This document shows, piece by piece, positions 11,985 to 24,928 of a stretch of 64,000 nucleotides of DNA. This stretch comes from Eledone cirrhosa (Eukaryota): assembly GCA_964016885.1 (NCBI GenBank), contig OZ024741.1, forward strand, positions 376,340,001-376,404,000, written 5' to 3'. The position numbers were made by a program, and so were the translations under genes. The notes beneath the pieces were generated by a model. The model was not told the DNA's origin. It made no database searches and was given only the letters and a program-made list of their open reading frames with translations. Within the stretch, counting starts at the first letter, position 1. Each line of letters starts with the position of its first letter.

Positions 11985-12184
11985 TTAATTAGAAATTGAA
12001 CAACACAAAATATAACTACTCCATTACCAAAAGTTTCTGGATCACAGACGATAATAATATACGTCTGGATCGGTCGTCAGACAGAGATGTTATCTATTTA
12101 GTGTTGTTCAATTTCTAATTAAATAGCTCTATTCTATACATAGAGCACTCCTTTTTCCTTTGCTTTTACTTCGGAAATACCTAA

Positions 12185-12187
<3 letters not shown>
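11985..12187. mobile_element. Short inverted Penelope-type footprint: HHR part on the minus strand, 3' tail on the plus strand
   Basis: 11985-12008 is inverted at 12100-12124. The sequence aligns with the pLTR/leader of the element at 48320-48400 (shared gagtgctctatgta and cattacca..gtttc). Flanked by (TA)n. Confidence 0.65.
12019..12086 (-). ncRNA. Type I hammerhead ribozyme with extended stem II
   Basis: CUCUGU-CUGACGA-cc GAUC CAGACG..CGUCUG u GAUC ca-GAAA-CUUUUGG-UA-AUGGAG. The base of stem II is mismatched. Confidence 0.6.
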
Positions 12188-12260
<73 letters not shown>

Positions 12261-12569
12261 TATTAGGAGAGGGAAAGTGGGTAAATCTAAATATCTTGAA
12301 TATGCAGTTTCTGAGTAAAGAAAGGACATCAACAGGAATATATTTGCTACTTACATCAACAGAAGATATATTTGTCACTTACAATATATTTCAGTAAATA
12401 ATTAAAAGAAGCCGGCGTTCGTTTTGTCTTGGAATTTTGTGTTTTACATTCTGTATACATACATACATATACGCATACAGAATACTTGTATACATACGTA
12501 TATAAATGTGGGTAGGTTGTTAGGTGTGTATGCAATTATACATACACACATAGTCAGGCAGACACAAAC

Positions 12570-12600
<31 letters not shown>

Positions 12601-12642
12601 ATATTCAAATTTTCTATTGTTTTCTTATGTTATGTTTTCTTC

Positions 12643-12755
<113 letters not shown>

Positions 12756-14154
12756 ATTAATGTATATATATATATATGCGTTGTGTGTATGTGTATGTAT
12801 GTGCGTACTTATGTATGTATATTTCTTTCCATTACAGAACACTCCCATATCGTGGTATTAAAGAAGAAAAATAAATATCACAGCGTGGTGTCCATTATTA
12901 TAAGTAGAAGAATGAAAATTTGGAATATCACTATTACAATCCCAACAGAAACGAAAATAATAGCGAGGAGATGTTTGAAAACTTGTTACGTGATAAATCA
13001 ATGTCTGTGGCTTTTGACAAAGATTAATGGTATTCTGGTTAAATAGGATAAAGGGAGGGAGAAAAGTGAAGAAGAAATTATGTTTTAAATATGAAGAAGG
13101 AGTTTGGTATTATTAGCGAGCGTAAAGAATTCAGAACTGGGTAAAATATAACACAAGTTGAATTATAGTATATGAAACTTTTATTAAGTAAATGCTTGAA
13201 ACATCATAACTGAAACTCTATAGATGGGAATGGATTTCATATCTTGGTGTTTGGTATTGTTGCTGATGTTAAGCCCAAGTTCCGTACTGTAGCAACCGAT
13301 TTATAATCCAAAGAAATCCTGGGGTGAGCACTTTGTATAATTCATAACATTTTGTTTCCGATATATGATGCAGTTTGAGAAAGAGTTGTCTTTTCCAGAA
13401 AATTGAGACACACCGTAAACGGTCACTCATTAGCTCGGTTTCATCCTGTGAGCGATTGAATTTAACATCAATGTGTTCAAATAATGCATTAAGCAGCACT
13501 GCATTTCATTGTACGGTGGTTGGCATGATAATTATTATGCAAGTGTTGCTGCCGATGCATTGCATTGAACACCCAAAGATGATGAAAATATTCACTATGT
13601 GGACGTAGAAATCCTTTTCATTATGAATGCGTGCAACAGAAATCCTTTAATATTTTAGTATTACTTTTCCCCATCTTGATTGTATCACTCATAAGAATTA
13701 GCTTTGTTTTTATTCGCTTTCTTTGCTTCTAAACTAGTTATTAATTATTAATTTATGTTTGGTTATGCGGCTATAAATTTATTACCAAAATACCCAGTCT
13801 GGCCTTGTATTCTATTGTTATTTACGGACTCATTTACATCATTTAATACAAAAACAATGGAAACAATTGCAACTTATCGACGCATTTCATTTTCTAATGT
13901 CAGAAGAGAAATGCAATACCTATGATAATTTTCGCTGCAACCGTAACTGATATAATGAAGGACGAAATATATAATCCGACCTGAGAATTGCTTTGAATGC
14001 TAGCAACGGCACTCCATTATGCATATCATGAACTTAAACCGGACAACAGATTAAGTCAAGAACCCATAATTGTCGGTAAGGTTGAATGCCTTTGTAAGTT
14101 GGTCAGTATAACGTCTACGTATATTTATTATTAAATCTGGCAGTAAATTACCCA

Positions 14155-14222
14155 GTAAATAAAGTACCAGTAATGTACTGGATAATTTGCTGGCCTTCTG
14201 CCAAAAGTAGAAACAATTATTA
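14155..14222 (+). mobile_element. 3' fragment of the tRNA-derived SINE
   Basis: aaataaagtaccagtaatgtactgg..ttgctggcctt..aaacaattat matches the end of 54190-54350. Confidence 0.6.
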
Positions 14223-14704
14223 AATCTTAATAGGACAATTAACATAAAAAAAGCCATAGAATGCTAATACAAGTTTTGCAGTATTTAGATGCTCTCCGAT
14301 AGCTAGATCTTTTCATCTTCGTAAGATAGATAGATTAGTAACCAGAAGCATACACTCATTGAATGTACACACTAAATCCAATTCCTCTAGAAAGAAATAT
14401 ATGATATATGAAAAATAATGTCTAGTATGTCTTTAAAATTTGTAAAGAATATGATCTTGGTTCAATGATCACTGAGCTTCCTTTGTTGAGTAACATAATC
14501 AATATATATTCTCGCTATATATATTAAACCTTATTAGAGTATATAACTGCTCCAAATTTTAAATTTGTAGAATAGCAATACAGGGACTGGTTTTGGATGC
14601 TATTTTTAGTAGTCTTTACATATCAACGTTTACATTTGCAATTAGCAACAGTTGTTAATGGTTCAGCAACTATCGTGTGAAATGGAAATAGAGCGTTGGT
14701 TTAT

Positions 14705-14757
<53 letters not shown>

Positions 14758-14758
14758 C

Positions 14759-14805
<47 letters not shown>

Positions 14806-14997
14806 ACTTCGCACAGAAGTTTTGTTCAAATTTATTGAGGAAATTTTGTGAGTTCAAACTTAATTTTGATACAATTGTGTAGCTTGACCCTCCGTCTGAA
14901 CTGTCAGGCGGTGGGTCAGCTCATCTTTACCCCTCCTAGAGGTGAAAAACCTGTTTTAAAAAATTTTGTGTAAAAAAATTTCAATCGTCTAACAGAA

Positions 14998-16899
14998 ATG
15001 TTAAACGCAGCGAACGAAAATAGTGGTGGGGGGACAGCGGTAAGAGTTGTAAGCTCGCACGCTTTAGTCCTCCCTTCCTTCCCAACTAACGTCATAGAGA
15101 AGGAAGGAAAAATTAAAATAAAAACAGACGAATCTGCGGAGAAAAAATTAAATGACGAAAACACAAATCTGGACTTGGATTCCAACAACGAAAAAAAAAA
15201 GTTTGAAAAATTGCATGACAATACTAATAACACAAACAAAGACACAACAAACACAAAAATAACAGTTGAAAATAACACCATATCAGAAAACAAAGCAGAC
15301 GACAAGATTTCATTTGCACAGAAAACAAAGAAATCTTTGACTTATATAGCGGAAAACATTTCAGATGTGGTACGAAGGATCACGGACGCCAAACAATACA
15401 TAAGTGAAGGAGAGAATGGTATTTTATCGGTAAAAATGCCTCAAGAATTCACGAAAGACATTGAAAGCCGAACGGTCAAGTTTCGGACCATCAACAACAG
15501 TACAAAAAAACCTGAACAGCCTTCTCAAGCAGATATCAAAACAGTACTCACAGAAGTACTTAATGAAACCACTTTCATAAGAAAAGACAGACTGTATGGA
15601 AGCCTAGCAATTATCATGGAGAACGAATCGGCGGCAAAAAAATGTGCTTTGTCACCGATTCGTTCGAAAAATTTCACCTTTTATCCATCTTATATGGGGA
15701 AAAGAACTCAACGCATATGGCTGGATGCAATGATGCCAGATGTGGACTACTGCTGGCTCATAGCTGGCTTCATCGATCCAGTGAATGACAACGTGATTTC
15801 CATTGGGAAAACCACAGGCAATGCGTTCAGTGGAACAGGTATAGAGCTGGTAGTACAAATGAAGCCTGAACGCATCGCCCAAATACCCGACAGAATCCTA
15901 TTAGAGGACCACGGGTATATAAACATTAGCGTGGAGGGGAGAAGGCCGTCCTGCCATATCTGTGCAGGCAGAGGGCACCTGAAGGCCGCTTGTCCCCAAC
16001 TCAACAAAAAGAAAACCCTGCTACCAACACCAGCTCCACCACCACCACCACAACAGATAAACAAACAACAAAACTCAGTCCCACCCAACCCGTCCCTCAG
16101 TAAAGCCACAACACCACCACAACACAAACAGTCACAACACATTACCCCAAGACAAAATACAGGCCCACCCAACCTCTCACTCAATAAAACAACACAACCA
16201 CCGCAGACACAACACACAACACAGTCTAGCATAGTGATATCCATCTCCCCCACAAAGAAAACCAACACGGAAACATTACCAGCAAATATACCTCTTCCCT
16301 CCAACACTGAAGATAACCCAACGAATTCGGAGGAAGAAACGGAGTCCTTCAGATAGATTAAAAGGAAAAAAAGAAAACATGTACAAAACACACAAGGACA
16401 AACAACCCCCACCCAAATCTCAACACAATCCAACAAAACAGAAAACACCCCTCCAGCAACAAACAAAACCAAACCTGCCCCTCCCCTCTTCGAAACACTC
16501 ACACCATCGGAAAAAAAGACATTACACTATACTTACATCAACAGAAACAATAATAAATTAAATGAGCTCATATACAATAATCCTTCGGTACAAACCGAAG
16601 GTGTAAACTTTGTTTCGTCAGAAAACTACCTACATTTAAAACTAATAAAGATCCCAATGAACCTCTACCAAAAACTAAAAAAGGATTTTAAGGAGGACGT
16701 AGGACCACCCTCTGTCAAACCCATAAACCGCGTCCTACTAAAAAGCTTTCCCCCTCCCCTTCCCCTCCCCAACACAACTCCAAACACCCCAGCCCCATCA
16801 CACACTGACGACCCCACACCACCACAAGACACCCCTTCACCCAACACCCCCGACCCCATGGAAGTCGTGCAACCCGAACCCCGGGAAGCGGAAGGGTAG
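14998..16899 (+). pseudogene. LINE ORF1, copy 2: 452 aa open, in-frame TAG at 16354-16356, then open to 16899
   Basis: ORF track plus manual translation past the stop; CCHC knuckle present. Confidence 0.8.
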
Positions 16900-16932
16900 G
16901 TCTCTACACTCTCCTTTGGCTCTGCCGCCCAC

Positions 16933-19900
16933 ATGGATGTGTTAAGAGTAGGATGTTTGAATGCACGTGGCCTGGGCTCAACTTGGAAGCAAGCAAAGCT
17001 TCTAAATGACCTCAGGTCATGTAGTATAAATGTAATGGTTATCTGTGAGACTCGAATCAGCGTCGTGCGACAGCTGGCCCCCACCTTCGATGACTTTGAG
17101 GTGCATGCATCTCTCTGTCAACCTGGAGGTGGGGTGGGGTTGTCGTACTGCTGCAAAAACACCTGGGTCTTGCCGTACAGGTTGTGCACTCGGACCCGGA
17201 GGGTCGTTTGTTGGTGCTAGACGTTGGCAGTAGTGAAAGTGCGGCCTTGAGACTGGTCGCCGTCTACTCCCCTTCCGGAGCTGAACGGCCCGACTTCTTC
17301 CGGCGTTTGGAGACTTTTCTGGGAACGTCGCGTTCCCTGCTTCTAGCGGGGGATTGGAATGACATCCTGGATGCACGTTGGGACTATGCAGGAGCATGTC
17401 CTAATAGAGAGGGGTGTAACAGCCTCAAGGGGTTACTCGACCGTTTTAACTTGGTCGATAGATATCGACTAGATTTTCCAACTGTGCCTACCTGGACTTG
17501 GAGAAACCACAGTGGTCAATCTAGATCGTACTTAGATAGATTCTTAGTTAGAAGTAAGTATAGGGACATATTAAGCTGTCCAGAAATGCGCACGGTTGGC
17601 TACACGGATCACAAATTAGTGACCTGCGTGGTCAATCTCGAGAAAACACATAGACAGGGTCCCGGTTACTGGAAACTTAATTTGTCTTTACCGGCAAAAG
17701 AGACTTACAGAAACCGGATTAGCAGATTAGTTAAGGAGAGGTTGACGGGTGCAATCGTCAACAACCGATGGTGGGCATCTCTCAAAAGAGAGATTAGAAC
17801 AGAATCAATAAGTTATAGCAAGATGTTAGCTGCCGATAGGAATAGAAACGAGAAAGAATTAACAGGTAAATTAGAAGAGGCAATCAAGAGCGAAGATGTG
17901 GCCAGAGTGCTGGCATCGAGGACGGCCTTGAACCAGTTTTTCGATGCAAAGCACGAAGGCTGCGTCATTCAAAGTAAAATACGTGCTCTAGGTAATGAGG
18001 GGGCCAAAGCCGATGGATGGGCCCGCGTGACAGAAGCTAAGAGTGGAAATCGATCCACCATCCGGTCGTTGCAAGACGAAGATGGACGGGTGATCCGGGA
18101 GCCTAAGCAGATGTGCGAGGCCTTTCAAAGGCACTTTGCCCGATTGTTCGGGGGAGGCGAGGGTCCGGGCGGGGGCGTGGATTTCGGTCCATACCTCGAC
18201 GACCTGCCGCGTCTCTCGAACGAAGAGGCAGAGTCCTGCGAGGGACCAATCTCGGCTGATGAGATCGGAGATGCGCTGAGCCAATGGAGCAGACGCAAAT
18301 CTCCAGGTCTCGATGGTATACCTTACGAACTTTATTTAGCAATGCCGGTCTTCTTCTCCGAACTCCTCGAAGCGGTCTACTGCAATTGGCAGCAGAACGG
18401 GAGAATTACTTGTTCTGTAGCCAAGGGCGTAGTCACGCTGGTGAGGAAGGACGAGAACAAGGGGGATAGAATAAATAATTTTCGGCCCATAACCCTGCTA
18501 AACACAGAGTTAAAGATTTTGGCCAAGGTTGGCGCTTGTCGTGGGTGGCCTGGTGGGAGATGCGCAGACATGTGCTATCCCATCCAGGTCCATTCACGAT
18601 AACCTCCACCTCATGCGATACATCATAGAGAGGGTTGGCAACAAACCCGGCTTCGGTGGGGCCCTGATCAACTTGGATCAGTCTAAGGCCTTCGATAGGG
18701 TCGACCATGGTTACCTGGATGCGGTGCTAGCGGCGGCTGGGTTCGGTCCTGTTTTCAGAGGCTGGATCACTGCCCTACATAGCAACCACATCTGTTCTAG
18801 GATCAAGGTGAACGGCTACCTTTCGAAGCCGTTCGAAATCACACGATCCATTCGACAGGGGTGCCCTCTCTCCTCCCTTCTGTACATATTGACTCTCGAG
18901 CCTTTACTGAGGAAGTTGGAGTTGTTGCAGGGTATCCCCCTGGAACCAGGATTGAGCAAAGCGGTGTCGGCCTACGCCGATGACGTAACAGTAATGGTAT
19001 CAACCGACTCGGAGATCGAGGCGATCGGTACCTTACTGGAGGAGTACGAAAGGTTGTCAGGAGCGAAACTGAACCGGGAAAAATCCATCGGGCTGCAACT
19101 CGGAACGTGGAGAGGCAGACCGATGCCTCCTGACGGTGTCGTCGGACACTGGACGGAGGGCCCGGTAAAGTTGCTTGGGGTCTGGTTTGGACAGGACCTC
19201 CAGGTGGAAAAGAACTGGAACGAGGTTACGAACAAGGTGTTTGCACTAACCCAGAAATGGGCCAAGTGTAAGCTGTCCCTAAAAGGCCGGGCGGAGGTGG
19301 CGAACATTTACATAGCGTCCGTCACTTACTACCGCCTGACTGTCCTGCCTTGCCCTAAGGAAACACTCACCACCATGGAACGCATGCTCTTCCAATTTCT
19401 TTGGAAGAAGCGTCCTCCTATGGTGAGAAGATCCATCTGCTGCCAACAACCTTCGAAAGGAGGGCTGGGGATGCCGTGGTTGATGATGCGTAGGCACGCA
19501 TTAAGGCTACGGCACCTACAGGTATTCCTCACTGGTCAACCGGTGTGGGCTCCGTTCGTGAAACGAGCCTTTCCGAGACTCGTCTCGCTCACCGAGCTAC
19601 AGTCCTGGGTCAAGCAAAGATCCGGAAAACTGGGAGACTGGCACACTGAGTGTGCTCAGGCGCTCAGGGCTCTCTGGCAAGCGGGCCGGGCCATCGGTGG
19701 AGAATCCACCTCATCATTCTATAGAGGGCTGGTGGCTAGCAGGGGCGATGACACCCTTGGAGAGTCGCTGGACATGGAAGAAGACGAACTGGCCAGCCTA
19801 TTCGGTAGGACTTTCGGTCCAGGACCAATGGACAACTTCCAGAAGTCACTGGCCTGGCAGTGCTACCGGGGGGCTCTACCCGTTCGAGAGAGGCTCTACA

Positions 19901-20355
19901 GACACGGGCGCCCGGGCAGGGATCCCTCAAAAAAGATTTGCCCTAGATGCGTGCGTCACGAAGAAACCGTTGCGCACGCATTGGTGCAATGTCCGGGCGT
20001 GGCTGATCTGTGGGGCTACGCCGAACGACTGCTGTCGCGGGTGGCGCCTATTAAATTGACCGCCGAGTCCGTGATGACAATCAAACCGCCTCCCCTCTTC
20101 ACAAAGGAAGCAAAGGCGGTTTTTCTGTGCGTAATAGCCATGTTGAAAGAGGTTGTCTGGTGGACACGATTGAAAGGTCTGAGGTCAGGCAACTTCCTCT
20201 CTGGCCATAGTCTGGTCTACTTCTTCCGATATCACTTCGGAAGAAGGATAAGAATGGAGAGAGAGGTGCTTGGCCACAGGCAGTTTTATGAAAGGTGGGT
20301 GATAGTGGCGAGAATGGCTCGTGTAAATGGGCCTTCTCTGTATACCATCCTGTAG
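16933..20355 (+). pseudogene. LINE ORF2, copy 2, frameshifted
   Basis: 1-bp loss in the G-run near 17131 and a 14-bp microhomology (aggt) deletion near 18528 relative to copy 1. Confidence 0.9.
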
Positions 20356-20574
20356 GTAAAGAAGTAAAGGAGAGGGGAGCACCTTCTCCATGTGCTCCCC
20401 GGGCAAAGGATTGCACACTTTTTCGGGGGGGGGGGGTGTGCAACCCCCATCACGTCCCCTCCCTTTTGAGGTTATTTTCGATTATTTTCATGTTACACCC
20501 TTTTTACTCGATTATATGTAAACTCCCCCTTTGTATTTGTCCCTTCTTTTTATGCCTTTATGGTAAATAAAGAA

Positions 20575-20641
<67 letters not shown>

Positions 20642-20642
20642 A

Positions 20643-20970
<328 letters not shown>

Positions 20971-21839
20971 GGAGAGCGAAAGGAAGAGAGAAAGCGTTGT
21001 GCATTTCAAAGTGTTTTTCAGCGAAAAGTGAACTCCCCAGATTCCCTCCTCCACAAATACTTACAGTTATCCATAGCTCCTGATGATCTGTTGGTAAGAG
21101 TGACACTGAAAAATTATACAGTTGTGATGAATATCATACTAATGACTATATTAGGTCGATATGAACTCTAATTAATATGTATTGTGTCCTCATTATATTT
21201 AGACGTCTTCAGTATTTAGATAAAAATACGACCCAAATGCACACACATATATATATGAGTGTGTGTATCTGTTTAGGTAGCTAAATAGAATATGTGGAAG
21301 TGATGTAATTCAGAGGAAATATGTAAAAGTATAGATATTCTTTCAACAACGTTCTTACTGGAATATATGAGTTTGGTGGAGATTCACATTAATTATTTCA
21401 CTTATCTGTTCAGCGAATTATTGTGGGATCCTATCTAGTAGAATTATAAAATCGATGAAAATTGACGTGAAGTGTGTCTTCATTGGCATCAGTTATTGAA
21501 ACTATTCCAGTGTGATCAATAATCTAAGTGATAACAATTCTACATTTGTCTGTAAGACATAATTACATTTGATTCATTATAATTTAAACTACGAGGAAAT
21601 AAATTTATATTGGCGTAATCTATAGTAACGTACTTATGATCATTTAGGAAATGTTATATCAGTGTGAAACTTATTTTAATGATCAACATGTTATAACGAT
21701 ATCACTTCTCTTACATTGACACGCCGAAGAAGCGTAAATTTTATCAACTTGATGTGTCAAAAATTAACATCATCTACATGTGTCGATGTTAAAACATTCT
21801 ACTATTAAACAATTATATTTCACCTTGCTGTTCTGTGGA

Positions 21840-22255
21840 TGGTTAGTGATGGAAAAAGCGACGACGTACTTGAAGAAACTCTGGGCGTCGACGAAAATCA
21901 ACTAGCCATTTTCTTTAATTTGCAGAAATACCTGGCTTGGCAGTGCTACTTGGCGTTGCCGACCCTAGATAAACTCTACAGGTTTGTAAGTGCTGTTATC
22001 TGAGCATGACCGAGATCCGCGCAGGAAAATGAAACCGTCGTGCACGCATTCGTCCAGGTTCCGAGTATAGCTGACAGGGGTTTATCTCGAACACTTGTCA
22101 TGTAAAGTAGGGATCCGACTGTCAACTGAGTCCATTATTGAAATCCCCCCACATCCCTTCTTTACTCAAGGAGGGTAGGCTGTATTTGTCTGTCTATTGG
22201 CCATGGTGAAAGAGGACGTATGGTGGACGCGTCTGAAAGGGCACTTTCCTCTTCC
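21840..22255 (+). mobile_element. Decayed 3' ORF2 fragment of an older relative of the Tx1-like LINE
   Basis: Translates in pieces to QKYLAWQCY, ETVVHAFVQ and MVKEDVWWTRLKG, matching the ORF2 C-terminus. Confidence 0.75.
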
Positions 22256-22269
22256 CACCCCCGATTCAC

Positions 22270-23145
22270 TTCTTCTTCTTCTTGAGAGGGTCGTTGGGAC
22301 AGAGTCCTCAAACATTCCTTCCAGCGGTTCCCTCCAGAAGCAGCCGTCCCCCACTGATCCGGCTGGATCTTGCTCGGTGTCAACACCTGGGCTTCCTGTC
22401 GGTTGTGTTTGCCCGTAAAATCTCTCCAGCAATTCTTTCATGAGACATTCTAACGACATGCCGATAGTACCGGAGTTGTGAACTTTGAATTTGCATCAGT
22501 AATAGCTCCACATGAAATGACTCACTGATCTCCGGGCTACGCACTCTATCGAGTAATGTTACTCTAAAGATCCTTCGGAGGAACCCCATTTAGGCGGCTT
22601 GTCTTCGCGATCGTATTCTTTCTGTCATTACCCAAGATTCATGTCCATTCATAAGGGTTGTCACGAATACCGAATTGGAGCAATCTCTAATGTCTCCTCT
22701 CTTTTTAAAAATTGAGATTATCACTCCCGACTGCCATTTCTTTGGTGTCTTTCCAGTACACACGAACCAACGAAAAAAAAACATTTTCTATTTAGGGCTT
22801 GTGGCATCTCGGGCCAGATTTCATATTCCCTGGCGGCCTTTATACATTTAAGCTATTGAAATGATTTTGTGACCTCAGCCTCTGAGAGATTAGTCACCGC
22901 TCCCAGGTGCATCTTATGTACATCAGAAGATGTTGTTGTGATTGGATTTAGGAAATATTCTCACCAGCTAACGTGGATGCACGTCTCTCTAAGAGGAGAA
23001 TCCCAGACGCGTTTAGCAAATGTGGAGGTTTAGCAAATGTGGAGGAGGGCTTCCTATTACGAAATTGGCGGAGCACTTTATTTACTGATCTGAAGTAGGC
23101 TTTCAGCTTAACCCGAACGTCCTCTTATGCCTTAAAGTTGGTCGC
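22270..23145 (-). mobile_element. Decayed RTE-clade LINE 3' fragment (Expander/Rex3-like)
   Basis: KKWQSGVIISIFKKRGDIRDCSN, GHESWVMTERIRSR, MGFLRRI..LLDRVRS..SQLRYYRHVVRM; ends in (GAA)n. Confidence 0.75.
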
Positions 23146-24206
23146 CTTTACTGTCTCTGATGTGAGTTTTCGTGCCGGCTTGTACTGCATATGCAAGAAG
23201 GAGGGCTTAGTACCAAGTCAAGATTTGTAAGCCTCTTTCTTTGCTCGGATGGCATCTCTTGTTTAAAGAGGAACATCCTCCTACTAATGTGATCCAATCT
23301 ATAACACATTCTAGAATGAAATGAATGTGATTTTCTCCACTTTCCCACCCCGGTAAAAGGGAAAATACGAAACGACAGATATGTGTTGTAAACTTGGAAG
23401 CTTTCTGAATGGCTCACCTAAGTCGTCTAAATGAAATCCTTCTGATGTTTTTACCCCAACTTTTCAGTCATAATTTATCTTTCTATTATCCTTACGAAAG
23501 TAATTCTAGAAATCATTATGTTTACGATCGAGGAAAACAACGTGTACGAATTCTGAGAAAACAAATAAAAACAACCTGAGTTACCACCCTTTTTTAATGT
23601 GGGCACGAATGTAAATTAACCCTTGCGGTCCGCCTGATGATGAATCATATCGTATGCGGCTCGCTTCTTGAAAAAGGTTGTCCATGCCTGATCTAGTTAT
23701 TTAAGTTATATCTTATCTCGTATTACATTTTCCAGTATACACTTTGGTTTTTGAAAGAGGGTAGAATATGACTTGAAAGAATATACATAGCCATGTCTAA
23801 CAGATGAAGCAAACACGCAAAAACATCATACATAGAAGCATTAAACCTAAAGAGGGTCGATAGGAAAGCATTCCATATCGCTTAGGGTGGTTTAGATCTT
23901 TTTACTTCGAAAACAAAATCTGTTATTTTGTTGTTTTGTGCCTCATCATATAATTCTTTACAAGGACTGGGGCAATGATGCTTTCATCATGTTAGGCTCT
24001 ATAATCGATATATATATTCAGTATCTTCCAGATGTTTATATCCTGCTATGTAAGAAGTTGAACATCGATAAATTTTGTCTTAATGTATTTTGGCGTATGT
24101 TCCTTAAACTGTAAGATCTTTTCTGGTCAGAAAATGTGAATGTCCTTTGCTGTAACCATGTTTTTCTTTTATTCAATTCCTATTTTCTCCAAAATATTTC
24201 CTTCAC

Positions 24207-24309
<103 letters not shown>

Positions 24310-24338
24310 TATGTATGTATATATAAATATACATTCAT

Positions 24339-24371
<33 letters not shown>

Positions 24372-24849
24372 CGCATGTATGGATTTGTCGATATATGCAT
24401 AAAGTAGTTTGTGTATGTGTATGAGTGTGTAGTATGTAGGTGCGTATCTCTGTGTCCATGTATGCGTGTGCACTTGTGTGTTTCTATCAAAAGGCATTTG
24501 TCTAGAACTGCATTACACTTCTTCAATTTATCTTAAAATTTTATGGTGTAAGTGAATTTCCTGTTATTCAGTGAATGATCAACAACGAGATACGATTGGA
24601 AAATGTTTAATGGTACTATGTGCACTTGATAAATGAAGTTAAGAAAAGTATATTTGAAACTTAAGTCTAATGTGCATGTGTGTTGAAATAATGTGAACTT
24701 CAGGAATATCAGAGATGGCTGATGTAAATATATTTATTTACCATAGCTCACTCAGAAATCTCTTTATATATGCAGGCATCACATGTTTGTGCTATCATAT
24801 TGTGTCATTATAAAATATTTCTGAAATATTTGTATAGCATGTGGTGCTA

Positions 24850-24928
<79 letters not shown>

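Larger units (their letters stand above)
14806..20574 (+). mobile_element. Tx1/L1-clade LINE, copy 2, inserted in (ATCT)n
   Basis: Near-identical to copy 1 from 5802 onward (scattered substitutions and small indels), with (ATCT)n on both sides. Confidence 0.92.

Noticed and set aside
23620-23692. ctgatga as an HHR core; hAT-like terminus caggcatggacaacc on the minus strand
   Set aside because: No stem II/GAAA/UH arrangement, and no partner TIR or TSD found.
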